From the NCBI GenBank assembly GCA_016188265.1, contig JACPID010000024.1:1-47244 (forward strand): 47,244 bases of DNA. Reading direction: 5' to 3'. Below are positions 26,792 through 37,639 of this stretch, one piece after another. The notes under the pieces are model-generated. The model searched no databases and had not been told where the DNA came from. It saw only the letters and a list, made by a program, of their open reading frames with translations. The DNA is from Candidatus Woesearchaeota archaeon. GTDB lineage: Archaea; Nanobdellota; Nanobdellia; Woesearchaeales; ARS49. Positions within the stretch are counted from its first letter, which is position 1, and each line of letters begins with the position of its first letter. A program made the position numbers and the translations under genes.

Positions 26792-28484
26792 TATTATTTG
26801 TATAACTTCTCAAAAAAAAGAGCAAAGCTTATTTCAAATAAAAGAAGGTGTTTTGGTTGCTCAAAAAACTAATTATTTCATACTTGACTTCGTGCACGCA
26901 CTCATACAGCAAGACATTCCAACAAATGATCTTGCGCAGTACATATACTCCGCAAGCCCTTGGGCGCGTGCACTAAGTCTTTATTTGCAAACAATATATG
27001 GGCCTGCTAGCATAAGATTTACACAACATGGAATAGAACAGATTTTTCTTAAAGATTTAGTTCAGGAATTGCCTGATGAAACACCAAATCAATTTGCATT
27101 CATGCTAGAAAACCAGATTAAGTTTTGTTTTTCTAACTCAACTGAGATAAGTATTCCGCCAAAAGATTATCAGGGAATTATTTTTGAATTCAGCAATTCA
27201 AAAAACAAGAAAAATGCACAATTTTATGAACAGCTCACAAAAGCAATTAAAAATCATGATAAAAATTATGCAGTTGAAATTATAAAAAATAAGTTTAAAC
27301 AAAAAAAAATATTTTCTTTTCTAATTTCAAAAAATAAAAAACAAGAAGAACAAAATTCTCACTCAAAACTTAAAGAAAATGCTTCTTATTCTATTATTTC
27401 TTTTAACAAAAGATTGCTTAATATTCAAGCATACAAATCAAGGCTTGAAAAAGAAATAAAAGATTTAAAACTTCCTTACTACAAATTTCAGCATTTGCCA
27501 TTTATAGCTCTAAAACACGACTTTGAAGATTTTAGCAAAATTTCAAAACAACTTTACAACCAATTTCCTATACAAGTTGTTCCAGCAAGAAGTATTCAAA
27601 TTCCAGATTTTTTGTGTGATTATGTTATTGACAAACCTTCATTACATCCAAATCTTGAACAAATAGGTTTAGAAGAAGCTCATTCTATAACAAAAGGCAA
27701 AGGAGTAAAAGTGGGGATTATTGATACTGGAATTGAGTATACTCATAGTGATCTTTTTCAGTGTTTTGATGAAATCAAAGGATATGACTTTATTACTGGC
27801 AGTGAAAAAATTATTGATGAAAATGGCCATGGAACTCATGTTGCAGGAATAGTTGGAGGAATAACCACAGGAGTAGCGCCTGAATGCACTCTTTACTCAC
27901 TTAGAATTCTTAATGCTGATGGGGTTGGAAGTGAAGTTGATTTATTAAGAGCTCTTGAATGGTCTATAGAAAATAAGTTAGATATTATAAATTTAAGTTT
28001 AGGAAATTATGAAAAATCTTTCACAGAAGAAAGAGCATTGCAAATTGTGAAATCAGAAGGCATCAGTGTTATTTGCGCAGCAGGAAATTCAGGAAAAGAA
28101 GTTTATGAATACCCTTCAGCATATGATAGTACAGTAAGTGTAGCTGCTGTTGATTTATATAATGATAAAGCTTCTTTTAGCACGTATAATGACCAAATAA
28201 CAATTTCTGCGCCAGGGGTGAATATTTTTTCCACATATATTGATAATAGTTTTCAATCACTTAATGGAACAAGCATGGCAGCTCCTCATGTTACAGGTGT
28301 TTGTGCTTTAATTAAGTCTTTACAGCCATCACAATCTCCTGAACAGTTGGATGAGATAATCCAATGTACTGCTCTAAAGCTCGGGCAAAAACTGTACTAC
28401 GGTGCAGGGCTAGTCCGAGCAGACAGAGCAGTTAATGCATATATAAAATTGAAAAGTGGATTAAAAGCGGCTAGTATTAAATGA
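26769..28484 (+). CDS. S8 subtilase with long uncharacterised N-terminal region and no signal peptide
   Basis: IIDTGI, NGHGTHVAGI, AAGNSG and GTSMAAPHV motifs in the C-terminal half. Confidence 0.9.
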   Translation: MSTFKLDDIICITSQKKEQSLFQIKEGVLVAQKTNYFILDFVHALIQQDIPTNDLAQYIYSASPWARALSLYLQTIYGPASIRFTQHGIEQIFLKDLVQELPDETPNQFAFMLENQIKFCFSNSTEISIPPKDYQGIIFEFSNSKNKKNAQFYEQLTKAIKNHDKNYAVEIIKNKFKQKKIFSFLISKNKKQEEQNSHSKLKENASYSIISFNKRLLNIQAYKSRLEKEIKDLKLPYYKFQHLPFIALKHDFEDFSKISKQLYNQFPIQVVPARSIQIPDFLCDYVIDKPSLHPNLEQIGLEEAHSITKGKGVKVGIIDTGIEYTHSDLFQCFDEIKGYDFITGSEKIIDENGHGTHVAGIVGGITTGVAPECTLYSLRILNADGVGSEVDLLRALEWSIENKLDIINLSLGNYEKSFTEERALQIVKSEGISVICAAGNSGKEVYEYPSAYDSTVSVAAVDLYNDKASFSTYNDQITISAPGVNIFSTYIDNSFQSLNGTSMAAPHVTGVCALIKSLQPSQSPEQLDEIIQCTALKLGQKLYYGAGLVRADRAVNAYIKLKSGLKAASIK

Positions 28485-28540
28485 AGATAAAAAAACAAAT
28501 TCAGCCTGCTGGTGCAGGAAAAGACAGTGAAATATAGTTT

Positions 28541-28586
<46 letters not shown>

Positions 28587-28627
28587 CCCTCTTGTTTATT
28601 CTAAACACAGGTTAAAAAGGTGACACG

Positions 28628-30565
28628 TTGAAACATCTCGTTTATACTGTGTTTGGTTCAGTAGCTTTGGTTGCCGTATTTGCTTTAGTTCTAGTTTTCT
28701 CACAAAGCAGTGCTACTGGTCTTGCAAGTTTTCCTGGAAATCAATATTTTTCAAATTTAAAAATACTTCCTGATCCAGTATATGAAAGTGATAATGTTGT
28801 TTTTGTTATTGATGCCCCTGCATGGATATACAACACTGTATTTTTGTGGAATCAAAAAAATGGTCTGAAAATGCTGCCGCTTTTAGGGTCTAATGCTCAA
28901 GGAGTCTGGCTTTGGCAACAAGCTTCAGGAAAATTTGATTATAATTCTGGATTTGATCTGGGAACAAATTATATTACTTTCTATGCCTGCTTCAGATCAG
29001 CATCAGGATGGGATTGCGGATGGCAGCCACAACCTGATCCATGGTTTAAATTTGAAATAAAAAAAGCATTACCTCCCACTCCTAGCCTGCCTACATTACC
29101 TCTTATACAGCAATGTGTTGATGGAGATAATACTTATGCTATAAGTCAAGCAGGGGGTGCAACTTATAATCCTCCCGGACAAGATCGAAACATTAAATCA
29201 TTTGTAAAATATAAAAGTACTGTGTATGAAGATTATTGTATTTCCACACATATTGGTGTTGGACCTGGCGGGTATAAAAATAAAAGAGTAAGCGAAGGAC
29301 CTTTTATTATTGAGCAAGCTTGTATTGATGGATTGACACAATATGAAACTACACCTTTTGACTGTCCTTATGGTTGCAAAGACGGAGCATGTAAATCACA
29401 ACAAGTAACCTGTCCTTCAGGAAAATTCTTACTAACTGCACCTGATGGATCTCAAGGATGCTGTAATCAAGGAGAATATTTAGCAACAGCTGGTGCGTGT
29501 TGTCCTCTAGGAACTATTTATGATGGAAAAGTATGCAAAACTCAACCAGTCTACGGTAAAAATGTTGTAAAAATAGAAACTCTAACTAATAACTTAACTC
29601 TCAATGAGACTATTGGTTCTGTTAGAGATACTTTAAATGAATTTGATTTAGAGGTATTAAAAGGAGGTGCAGTTTCAACATTAAGCGGAGTAGTCGAATA
29701 TAACCAGTACTTGAAATTTCCCAATTTTCCTGGGTTAATAACCATATTTGGCAAAGATCAAATCGGTAATGTTGGTCATTTTTTGCATGTACATTCAGGA
29801 GAGCTTATTTTTAATTGGTTACTTCAATTTAAAACAGGATTATCATCAACTCTTGATTCAAATAATGAACTTGTAGATTTAATTGGTAAAAGATTGCACG
29901 TATTAGGAAATAATTTTAGTGTGGTACGTGCTAGATTTGTACCTGGCACTGGAGAAACTGAATTAATTTTATTAGGAGGGCCTGTTCTTTTAACACTTGG
30001 TGAAGGAGATAAACAAACAATTCAATTAGGTGGAAAACAACATGAAGTTGAATTATTAACTGTTTCAAATGATACAGTAATATTAAAAGTAGATGGACAA
30101 ACATTTCCAAGAATGAAAGTAGCAGGCTTAGAACCTGCTCCCGATGGAACATTAGTTGGCATAGAATCTATTACTCCAAGCACAAACTCAACAACAGGAG
30201 CAGGAGTAGCAACTGTTTATCTCGAAGCACGTAAATTAGTTTTTAAAGATAATAATGCATTAGATAGAGATGAGTATAATGGTCCAGATGCAGTTAGTGT
30301 TAATAATGAATTTGTTGATTCTGCAAGCTTAGCTATTGATATTGATCATTTGCTAGGTTCTAATCCTATTACACTACGTATAAAAAATATATTTTATTCT
30401 TTACATGCAGATGGGCTTGCTGGAGATATTTTCATTCCTCCAGGACACAGATTAAGCGAATACTTAAATAAACCTGAAGGAATGCTGACAAACAAATGGG
30501 ATATACTTTTTGATGGATTTAATCAAGGTACTGGAACTGCAACCGTATCTGTTATTGGAAATTAA
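28628..30565 (+). CDS. Secreted/membrane-anchored protein with Cys-rich repeats and S-layer-like C-terminal beta domain
   Basis: AAGGTGA SD plus TTG; N-terminal hydrophobic helix followed by TG; CVDGD...CPYGCKDGAC module; beta-rich C-terminal half. Confidence 0.7.
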   Translation: MKHLVYTVFGSVALVAVFALVLVFSQSSATGLASFPGNQYFSNLKILPDPVYESDNVVFVIDAPAWIYNTVFLWNQKNGLKMLPLLGSNAQGVWLWQQASGKFDYNSGFDLGTNYITFYACFRSASGWDCGWQPQPDPWFKFEIKKALPPTPSLPTLPLIQQCVDGDNTYAISQAGGATYNPPGQDRNIKSFVKYKSTVYEDYCISTHIGVGPGGYKNKRVSEGPFIIEQACIDGLTQYETTPFDCPYGCKDGACKSQQVTCPSGKFLLTAPDGSQGCCNQGEYLATAGACCPLGTIYDGKVCKTQPVYGKNVVKIETLTNNLTLNETIGSVRDTLNEFDLEVLKGGAVSTLSGVVEYNQYLKFPNFPGLITIFGKDQIGNVGHFLHVHSGELIFNWLLQFKTGLSSTLDSNNELVDLIGKRLHVLGNNFSVVRARFVPGTGETELILLGGPVLLTLGEGDKQTIQLGGKQHEVELLTVSNDTVILKVDGQTFPRMKVAGLEPAPDGTLVGIESITPSTNSTTGAGVATVYLEARKLVFKDNNALDRDEYNGPDAVSVNNEFVDSASLAIDIDHLLGSNPITLRIKNIFYSLHADGLAGDIFIPPGHRLSEYLNKPEGMLTNKWDILFDGFNQGTGTATVSVIGN

Positions 30566-30613
30566 TACTTGATTTGTCAAAAACTTTGCAAAAAGACAAA
30601 TAAACTACTCAAA

Positions 30614-31207
30614 ATGAATCCAGATATAAGTAACATACTAGAATCCAATGAAAAAGTTGTTTGGCAAGGGATAGTAAATAGAAAAGCTCTTGTTGCATTT
30701 TTAATAATTTCTTTGATTGTAACGTTTATAATTGGAGGAATATTTTTTACACAACAAACAATCAATTATACTTCTAATGGGCAACCCAAACAAATCAGTG
30801 GTTCAATTGTAGGCATTGTTATAATGCTGATTGGATTGTTACTGTCCTTGTTATCATTTTTTTCAGATATGGTTAAGAATTATGCAATAACTAAAAAAAG
30901 AGTTATAATCAAATCTGGATTAATCGGCACTGACTTTAAATCCATTTATTTTGACCAGATTAAGAATATTATAGTTGATGTTGGTTTAATTGGAAAAATT
31001 TTTAGTGTTGGTTCGGTAAAGATTGATATTGGAAAAACAGAAATTTATTCAGGAGGCAAAGGTCAGGTAAGAACAAAAACCGCATATGATGTTTTAAAGC
31101 ATATAGATGCTCCTTACGAGGTATATAAATATCTTCAAAAAACGCTCGAGGGCAGAAAAGAAAGTTTATATTCTGGAAGAGCAGATAAGGAATCGAATCT
31201 GAGGTAA
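30614..31207 (+). CDS. Membrane protein with bacterial PH (bPH_2-like) domain
   Basis: LESNEKVVWQG, two TM helices, then YAITKKRVIIKSGLIG...SIYFDQI...FSVGSVKI. Confidence 0.8.
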   Translation: MNPDISNILESNEKVVWQGIVNRKALVAFLIISLIVTFIIGGIFFTQQTINYTSNGQPKQISGSIVGIVIMLIGLLLSLLSFFSDMVKNYAITKKRVIIKSGLIGTDFKSIYFDQIKNIIVDVGLIGKIFSVGSVKIDIGKTEIYSGGKGQVRTKTAYDVLKHIDAPYEVYKYLQKTLEGRKESLYSGRADKESNLR

Positions 31208-31291
31208 TGCAAATATTTTTGAATAAAGTTCGCCCAAAATATTTTATCAAGCACAAATTTTAGAAATAAAAAGTTTATACTAGTATATACT

Positions 31292-31537
31292 ATGAACAAA
31301 TTAGTTAAAAATGTAGATGTTGAAAGTTGGCGCGAGCTTAAATTAGAGGCATCTAAGCATAATATGAATCTTGGAAAATTTTTAAGTTTTTTAGTAAAAG
31401 AACATAAGCAAAAAGGAAAAATGATTCCATTATTTGATTTAATAACTGCAAGTTGCGCTATTAGTAATAATGCTGTATTAATTACTCTCGATAATCATTT
31501 CAAAAATTTAATTGAACTAAAAAAAATAATTCTATAA
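31292..31537 (+). pseudogene. Fused remnant: RHH-like antitoxin N-terminus joined in frame to the C-terminal part of a PIN toxin
   Basis: VKNVDVESWRELKLEASKHNMNLGKFLSFLV (RHH-like) followed by GKMIPLFDLITASCAISNNAVLITLDNHF (VapC C-terminal motifs). Confidence 0.65.
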
Positions 31538-31547
31538 ATCCTACACT

Positions 31548-34073
31548 TTAGTGTTTTAATTTGTTTTTGAACTCTTCAAATTCTCTTTTAAATCTTTGAA
31601 TGCTTTTTACTAAATACTCGGGCTGTGTTTTAAGAAGTTCACTGAGCTTTTTAACAATATCACCGCCATATATTTCCTTTTTTGACAACTCAAGTTCTTT
31701 TAAATTAATTTGTTTGCCTTTATTAACCGCTTTACGAGCTAATTTCCATTTTTCAAATAATTCTTCTGCACGTGAAGGAATGCAGTTGGGAGGAACATCA
31801 AGTTCTTTAGCTAAAGCGCTAATAAGATTAAGCTGTTCAAAAACATAATCCTTTGCTGCTTTTCCAGCAACAAAAAATATTCTTACAACACCATCTTTAA
31901 CTTTTGTTGATTTTAAAATCTTGATTAATTCAGCTTCTGAAGTATTGTTTAAATGAGTTCCGCCACAAGCTTCAACTTCAACATTTTCAATATTCACAAT
32001 TCTTAATTCTTTTCCAGGAGCTACGCCGCCTTGGTAAATATGAGGTGTGTATTTTTTTTCAGCTTCTGAACGAGGCATAAATAACTTAATAATTGGAATA
32101 CAAGATTTAACAATATTATTTGCTTCATCCTCAATTTTTTTAAGATCTTCATCAGAAATTAATTCATAATGCGTAACATCAATATATGCATGATCAACTG
32201 CTTTTTTTGCGCTGGCTTGATTAATATGCGAGCCTAATACTTTTCTAGCAGAAGCATTGATAATATGTGTTGAAGTATGATGTTGAGTTAATTGTTTTCT
32301 GCGTTCAAAATCAACCTTGCAATTTACAGTATCATTCACAAAAAAATTAGGTTTTTCAGCTAATTTATGAACAATAAGAGTATCTTGTTTAAATACATCA
32401 ATTACTTTTTGTCCATTTATTGTTCCTTCATCATGAATCTGCCCGCCTGAAACAGGATAAAATACAGTCTGATCAAGTACAACATATTTATCCTTGATTG
32501 ATGCAACTTTTGATCTGCACTCAACAAGTTTCCAATCCCCAAAATACAGGGCGCTTGTTGGATTAACAGAACCAAAATATATTTTTTCTTCATGTTCAGC
32601 GCTTGTTTCTTGTTCTTTTCCTGCATGACGATCTGCAACAAGCGAATAAAAATTCTCAGGAACATTAATTTCTTTATTGATTTTCTCTGCTTCTTCTTTA
32701 AGCAATTCAGGAGTTATGCCTTGACTGTCATAAAGTTCTATGAGCTTTTCAGTTGTTAAATCTTTATCAATAACTTTTTGAACTGTGCTTGCAGTCTTTT
32801 GTTTTGTTGCATTATACTTTAGCTTTTCAACTTCAAGAATTTTTCTAACACTTATCAAACTATGCTCTAATTCAGGATATTGCTCCTTTAATTCTTTAAC
32901 ATGCCATTCAGCAACATCACAAATATCAATATTCCACTTATATCTATCAATAAAGCTTAAAGCTCTTCTAAGAATTACTCTTAAATTATACATTCCTCCA
33001 ACATTGCTTGGCAAAGCTCCATCATGAATAGATATAAGCAGCGCTCGAGTATGTTCAGCAACAGAATACAAACCAGCTAAAGGAAGAATTTTTTTACGTA
33101 AATCTTGAAGATTCATACTTAATTTTTTTGCTACATTATTCCATGCTAAATTAATATCACTAACTTCTTGAACATTAAGAAGTGAAGATAAAGGAGCAAA
33201 TTTTTTCATAAATTCTTCATCAAACTCAACACCAGTTAAATCACGCAATTTTTTAACAACATCTGGGAAACTTGTTTCATAAATACTTGCTTTGCCCTGA
33301 GTAAACCATGCAGCTCTTTCTTGCCCTTGGCCCATATCAAGAACTTTGATCTTTAATTCTTTTGCACCTGATGAAGTTACTTCATACTGCATGTATACTT
33401 GATTGCTAATCTCAAGCCCTTTGCTAAAAAATTCTACACAAGGCCCAAAATTACCGCCTCCAGCCCAAGAATCTTCATGAACAATTATATCTTCATTGGA
33501 TAAACCCATTCCTTGATTTAACCATTCAAGATGATCCTTAACATACTTATTTTTGTTATAATTTTCTGGCTGTACAAATGCATGCTGGCCCATCATAACA
33601 AAACCAACATGATGCCCAGTAATACCCACATTATCAATATCAGGAAATCTAAGGCAAAACTGAGGAATAACCAAAGGATTTGCTGGAGGTTCAACTTCGC
33701 CTGTTACAACAAAAGGCTGAAAAGCAGCAATACTTGCAATTGTAAAATCAACAGTAGAATTCCATCTAGCAACAACAGGATAACGTTTAATAGGCGTATA
33801 ACCTAGTTTTTCATGAATTTTTGAAAACCTTTTCCAAACATCAGTATAACTTAATCTTTTTTTTGCAGGAGAATTTCCAATAAAACCAAATCCGCCGCTG
33901 CATGCAGGCTCTCCGCAATGCTGAGCATTAATTGTAGTCCAAAACCATTGACAGCAAGCACACTGTTTACGTTTAAAACCTAATTCTTTAAGTGTTTCAA
34001 CAGGATAATACTGTTCAGGATGCTGTTGAGCTTTTTTTTTAAACTCATTTTTAACTTCTGCATCAGATAACAT
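31548..34073 (-). CDS. alaS: Alanine--tRNA ligase, archaeal type
   Basis: N-terminal Cys cluster, YPVVARW, PQFCLRFPDIDNVG, WAGGGNFGP, editing HHTSTH and EACGGTH motifs. Confidence 0.96.
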   Translation of the reverse strand: MLSDAEVKNEFKKKAQQHPEQYYPVETLKELGFKRKQCACCQWFWTTINAQHCGEPACSGGFGFIGNSPAKKRLSYTDVWKRFSKIHEKLGYTPIKRYPVVARWNSTVDFTIASIAAFQPFVVTGEVEPPANPLVIPQFCLRFPDIDNVGITGHHVGFVMMGQHAFVQPENYNKNKYVKDHLEWLNQGMGLSNEDIIVHEDSWAGGGNFGPCVEFFSKGLEISNQVYMQYEVTSSGAKELKIKVLDMGQGQERAAWFTQGKASIYETSFPDVVKKLRDLTGVEFDEEFMKKFAPLSSLLNVQEVSDINLAWNNVAKKLSMNLQDLRKKILPLAGLYSVAEHTRALLISIHDGALPSNVGGMYNLRVILRRALSFIDRYKWNIDICDVAEWHVKELKEQYPELEHSLISVRKILEVEKLKYNATKQKTASTVQKVIDKDLTTEKLIELYDSQGITPELLKEEAEKINKEINVPENFYSLVADRHAGKEQETSAEHEEKIYFGSVNPTSALYFGDWKLVECRSKVASIKDKYVVLDQTVFYPVSGGQIHDEGTINGQKVIDVFKQDTLIVHKLAEKPNFFVNDTVNCKVDFERRKQLTQHHTSTHIINASARKVLGSHINQASAKKAVDHAYIDVTHYELISDEDLKKIEDEANNIVKSCIPIIKLFMPRSEAEKKYTPHIYQGGVAPGKELRIVNIENVEVEACGGTHLNNTSEAELIKILKSTKVKDGVVRIFFVAGKAAKDYVFEQLNLISALAKELDVPPNCIPSRAEELFEKWKLARKAVNKGKQINLKELELSKKEIYGGDIVKKLSELLKTQPEYLVKSIQRFKREFEEFKNKLKH

Positions 34074-34169
34074 ACGCTAATAAAAAAGAATGTGTTTTAA
34101 AAAGATTACTGCCCCAAACTATCTAAAGGATGAAATTTATATAGTCTAAAACACTGTACTTGTATACTT

Positions 34170-34670
34170 ATGAATGAAGAATTTCTTGAGTACTGGAGAG
34201 AAGGTAATGATTTATTAAAGCAAAAAAAATATGATGATGCATTAGAAATGCTTAATATTGCTTTGTCAAGCATTCCTGAATCTAATGATTATAATTTTCA
34301 TAAATTTATTATTTTAATGGATATTGGAAGTATTAAAGCATTAAAAGAATTATATGGGGAAGCAAAAACTGCTATGGAGGCTGCTTTTAATTATATTTAT
34401 TATTGTTCAGATAAAGAAACAAAAGCATCTTTTTTTTTAAGAATAGCTACAATTTATTATAAACTTTCAAGAAACGAAGAGAACAGGTTAGAAAAATACT
34501 TTTATGAATACCAATGCGAGGAATGTGTTAAAAATAGCATTTCTTTGTATGCTATGGTTTCAAATAAAAAATTATTAGAAAATGCAAAATCCCTCGAAAG
34601 GTTAATTAAAAAAAATCAAGAATTTAGTATAACAAATAATCCTTGGTCTACTTTTGAATTAAAAGAATAA
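34170..34670 (+). CDS. TPR-like helical repeat protein
   Basis: WREGNDLLKQKKYDDALEMLNIAL and IGSIKALKELYGEAKTAMEAA TPR patterns. Confidence 0.65.
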   Translation: MNEEFLEYWREGNDLLKQKKYDDALEMLNIALSSIPESNDYNFHKFIILMDIGSIKALKELYGEAKTAMEAAFNYIYYCSDKETKASFFLRIATIYYKLSRNEENRLEKYFYEYQCEECVKNSISLYAMVSNKKLLENAKSLERLIKKNQEFSITNNPWSTFELKE

Positions 34671-34686
34671 AAAAGAAAAGAAAAAG

Positions 34687-34708
34687 AGAAATTTTAAAAA
34701 AAATTTCT
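34687..34708. terminator. AT-rich hairpin between convergent genes
   Basis: AGAAATTTT-AAAA-AAAATTTCT, next to an A-rich tract (U-rich on the minus strand). Confidence 0.4.
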
Positions 34709-34715
34709 TCTTATT

Positions 34716-35720
34716 TTAAAGCTCTTCGTCTTCACTTCTGAGCTTGCTGAAACCAATTATTAAACCAACAACAACTAATAATGCAACAAGTACTAATAAT
34801 ACTACTTCAAGTGCACGTTTTAGCTTGCTTGGCTGATCTTTTGCAGTTGAATCATCAACTACTACTGCTGATTCTTCATTGGTTTTCTGAACAGTAACTG
34901 TTGTTTGTACTGGTTCTTGAGCTGCAGATTCACTTGCTTGAACAACAGTTGCTGGCTCAACAACAAGATTTAACAATACTGGTTCAGTTTGCCTGTATTT
35001 GTTATCATATTGGACATCGACACGAAGTGTGTATGTTCCTGGCTTAACATCTGAACCTAGTTTTAAGTACATTTCTTCAGTTTCTTCTTCATCATCAGTT
35101 TCAACTTCTTCAACATAATCTGAAGTACTGAGGCCAAGTTCTGGAACACTGACAGTTACTTTAACATTTTTCTCGTCTTTTTCTCCATTGTTTTCAAGTC
35201 TAACAGTTGTGAGTAAAGCTTGGCCTGCTTTAACTGTTGTGCTTGGGAAAACATTAACATCCTCGACACTTAATTCATGTCGGGGTACATCGACTTTGAT
35301 GTTAAAGTTTTTAACAAGTACTGTTCCATCACGGTCAGATAATAATACTCTGAGTTTGTAATTATCTTCAGCAAGATCTTTTGGAAGTTGCAATTTTAAT
35401 TTTTTAACAGTTAAATGGCTTTTTTCCAAAGAAAAGACGCCCGTATTTGCAACTACTCTCTGGACATCATTATATTCATATCCAGATAAGAAAACTTGTA
35501 ACTCAAGATTATCAACATCTTGATCTGTTGTTAAGTGTACTTTTACTTCCACTTCAGAATTTCGTTCTAAATCAAGTCTGTTTACTCCATTTTCAAGGAC
35601 TGTTACGTCATTGAGTTCGACTTCTTCAACTGTTACTGGCAGTGCAGTAACTGCAAATGCTAAAACAAAAAGTGCTAAAAGCATTGCGCTGAATTTTCCA
35701 AAGATTTTATTTGCTTTCAT
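34716..35720 (-). CDS. Cell-surface protein with two Ig-like (CARDB-like) domains and C-terminal TM anchor
   Basis: Signal peptide, VRLENNGEKDEKNVKVTV, GTYTLRVDVQY, Ser/Thr-rich linker, TM helix and acidic tail. GGGGGT SD. Confidence 0.8.
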   Translation of the reverse strand: MKANKIFGKFSAMLLALFVLAFAVTALPVTVEEVELNDVTVLENGVNRLDLERNSEVEVKVHLTTDQDVDNLELQVFLSGYEYNDVQRVVANTGVFSLEKSHLTVKKLKLQLPKDLAEDNYKLRVLLSDRDGTVLVKNFNIKVDVPRHELSVEDVNVFPSTTVKAGQALLTTVRLENNGEKDEKNVKVTVSVPELGLSTSDYVEEVETDDEEETEEMYLKLGSDVKPGTYTLRVDVQYDNKYRQTEPVLLNLVVEPATVVQASESAAQEPVQTTVTVQKTNEESAVVVDDSTAKDQPSKLKRALEVVLLVLVALLVVVGLIIGFSKLRSEDEEL

Positions 35721-35890
35721 TGTTACCCCCGACGAATATTTTCGAAATATGATGTTTTATTATCAATTGAAATTACCTACTAATATTTAAATGTTTCGGA
35801 CCTGTTGCTACTGTAGAGGGAAAACCTTTATAATGGCTGATTTGATTAATTTGCGAACATTTTTTAAATTACTCTCTTATAATTCTTATA

Positions 35891-37639
35891 ATGTTGCGAC
35901 AGCCTATTGTTTCAGTTTTAGGGCATGTTGATCATGGTAAAACAAGTTTACTTGATCAAATTAGAGGCAGTGCTATTGCTGCAAAAGAAGCTGGAGGAAT
36001 AACTCAAGCAATTGGTGCATCGATTATTCCTGCTGATACTATTAAAAAAATATGCGGAAAATTATTGCAGGTAGCTAATGTTAAATTTTTTATGCCTGGT
36101 ATTTTAATTATAGATACTCCTGGCCATGCAGCTTTTATGAATATGCGAAAGCATGGGGGAAATCTTGCTGATATTGCAATTTTAGTTATTGATATTAATG
36201 AAGGAATAATGCCTCAAACACAAGAAAGCATTGAAATTCTAAAATCATATAAAACACCTTTTATAATAGCAGCAAATAAAATTGATCTAATTCCGCAATG
36301 GCAGTTGCATAAAAAATCAATAATAGAGTCAATAAATTTGCAATCACAAGCTGCTATAATAACTGTTGAAACAAAAATATACGAGATTGTAGGAAAACTG
36401 TATGATCTTGGATTGCAAGCAGATCGTTTTGATAGGGTAAGTGATTATACTAAACAAATTGCAATAATTCCAATATCTGCAAAAACTGGTGAAGGAATTC
36501 CTGAATTATTAATGGTTATGGCAGGGCTTACACAAAAATATCTTGAACAAACACTTCAGGTAAATGTTGAAGGGCCTGCTAAAGGCACTGTTTTAGAAGT
36601 TAAAGAACAAAAAGGCTTGGGAAAAGTTCTTGACGTAATAATATATGATGGAAAATTAAAGGTTAATGACAAGATAATCATAGGAGCATTGGATGAACCT
36701 GTTGTAACAAAAGTAAAAATTCTTTTAGAGCCTGAACCACTTGCAGAAATGAGAGTAAAATCACCATTTAAAACTGTTAAAGAAGTTACAGCATCTACAG
36801 GAGTAAGAATTGCAGCGCCTGGTATTGATAATGTTATTGGCGGAGTTCCAATTTTTGTAGTAAGTAATTCTGTAGAAGATTTGCAGCGTCAAATAAAAGA
36901 AGAGATGGGTGAAGTTCTTTTTGAAAATGCTGAAAAAGGAGTTGTAATAAAAGCAGACAGTCTTGGAAGTCTTGAAGCTCTTTTGCTTCTTTTAAAACAA
37001 AAAAACATCCCAGTTAAAAAAGCAAGCATAGGCAGCATTACAAAAAAAGACATAGTAGATGCAGAAGCAATGCTTGAAAAAGAACCAATCTTTGCAGCTA
37101 TTCTTGGATTTAATATTTCTAGGCCTGATCAAGAACCTGAAAAAGTTAAAGTATTAACAAATGATGTTATTTATCGTTTAATTGAAACATATGAAGAGTG
37201 GAGTGAAGGAAAAAAGAAAAATCTTGAGCTTGAAAAAATTGAAACTCTCACTAGGCCTTGTAAAATTCAACTGCTTCAAGGGTATGTATTTAGGCAAAAT
37301 AATCCTGCAGTTGTTGGAGTTGAAGTAATTTTAGGAACTTTAAAAAGCAACACTCCGTTAATGAACAAACAGGGAAACATAATAACTACTGTGAAGGGCA
37401 TTCAGCATGAGCAGGAAAATATTGAAAAAGCAGAACGCGGAAAAAAAGTTGCAATTTCATTGCCAGGGGTAACAATTGGAAGGCAACTTCATGAAGGAGA
37501 TATTTTGTATTCAGCAATAACAGAGAATGAATTTAGAAAGTACAAAGAATTTAAGCAATATCTTACAAATGATGAAAAAGAATTATTAAAAGAAATTGCT
37601 CAATTCATGCGTGAAAAAAATGCTGTATGGGGTGTTTGA
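35891..37639 (+). CDS. infB: Translation initiation factor aIF5B (IF-2)
   Basis: LRQPIVSVLGHVDHGKTSLLD, EAGGITQ, DTPGH, NKID and SAKTGEG motifs. Confidence 0.97.
   Translation: MLRQPIVSVLGHVDHGKTSLLDQIRGSAIAAKEAGGITQAIGASIIPADTIKKICGKLLQVANVKFFMPGILIIDTPGHAAFMNMRKHGGNLADIAILVIDINEGIMPQTQESIEILKSYKTPFIIAANKIDLIPQWQLHKKSIIESINLQSQAAIITVETKIYEIVGKLYDLGLQADRFDRVSDYTKQIAIIPISAKTGEGIPELLMVMAGLTQKYLEQTLQVNVEGPAKGTVLEVKEQKGLGKVLDVIIYDGKLKVNDKIIIGALDEPVVTKVKILLEPEPLAEMRVKSPFKTVKEVTASTGVRIAAPGIDNVIGGVPIFVVSNSVEDLQRQIKEEMGEVLFENAEKGVVIKADSLGSLEALLLLLKQKNIPVKKASIGSITKKDIVDAEAMLEKEPIFAAILGFNISRPDQEPEKVKVLTNDVIYRLIETYEEWSEGKKKNLELEKIETLTRPCKIQLLQGYVFRQNNPAVVGVEVILGTLKSNTPLMNKQGNIITTVKGIQHEQENIEKAERGKKVAISLPGVTIGRQLHEGDILYSAITENEFRKYKEFKQYLTNDEKELLKEIAQFMREKNAVWGV

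Noticed and set aside
28481..28537. 18-codon ORF (MKIKKQIQPAGAGKDSEI) overlapping the subtilase stop, containing a small CCTGC/GCAGG hairpin
   Set aside because: Too short to support as a gene; it could be chance or a terminator-like hairpin.
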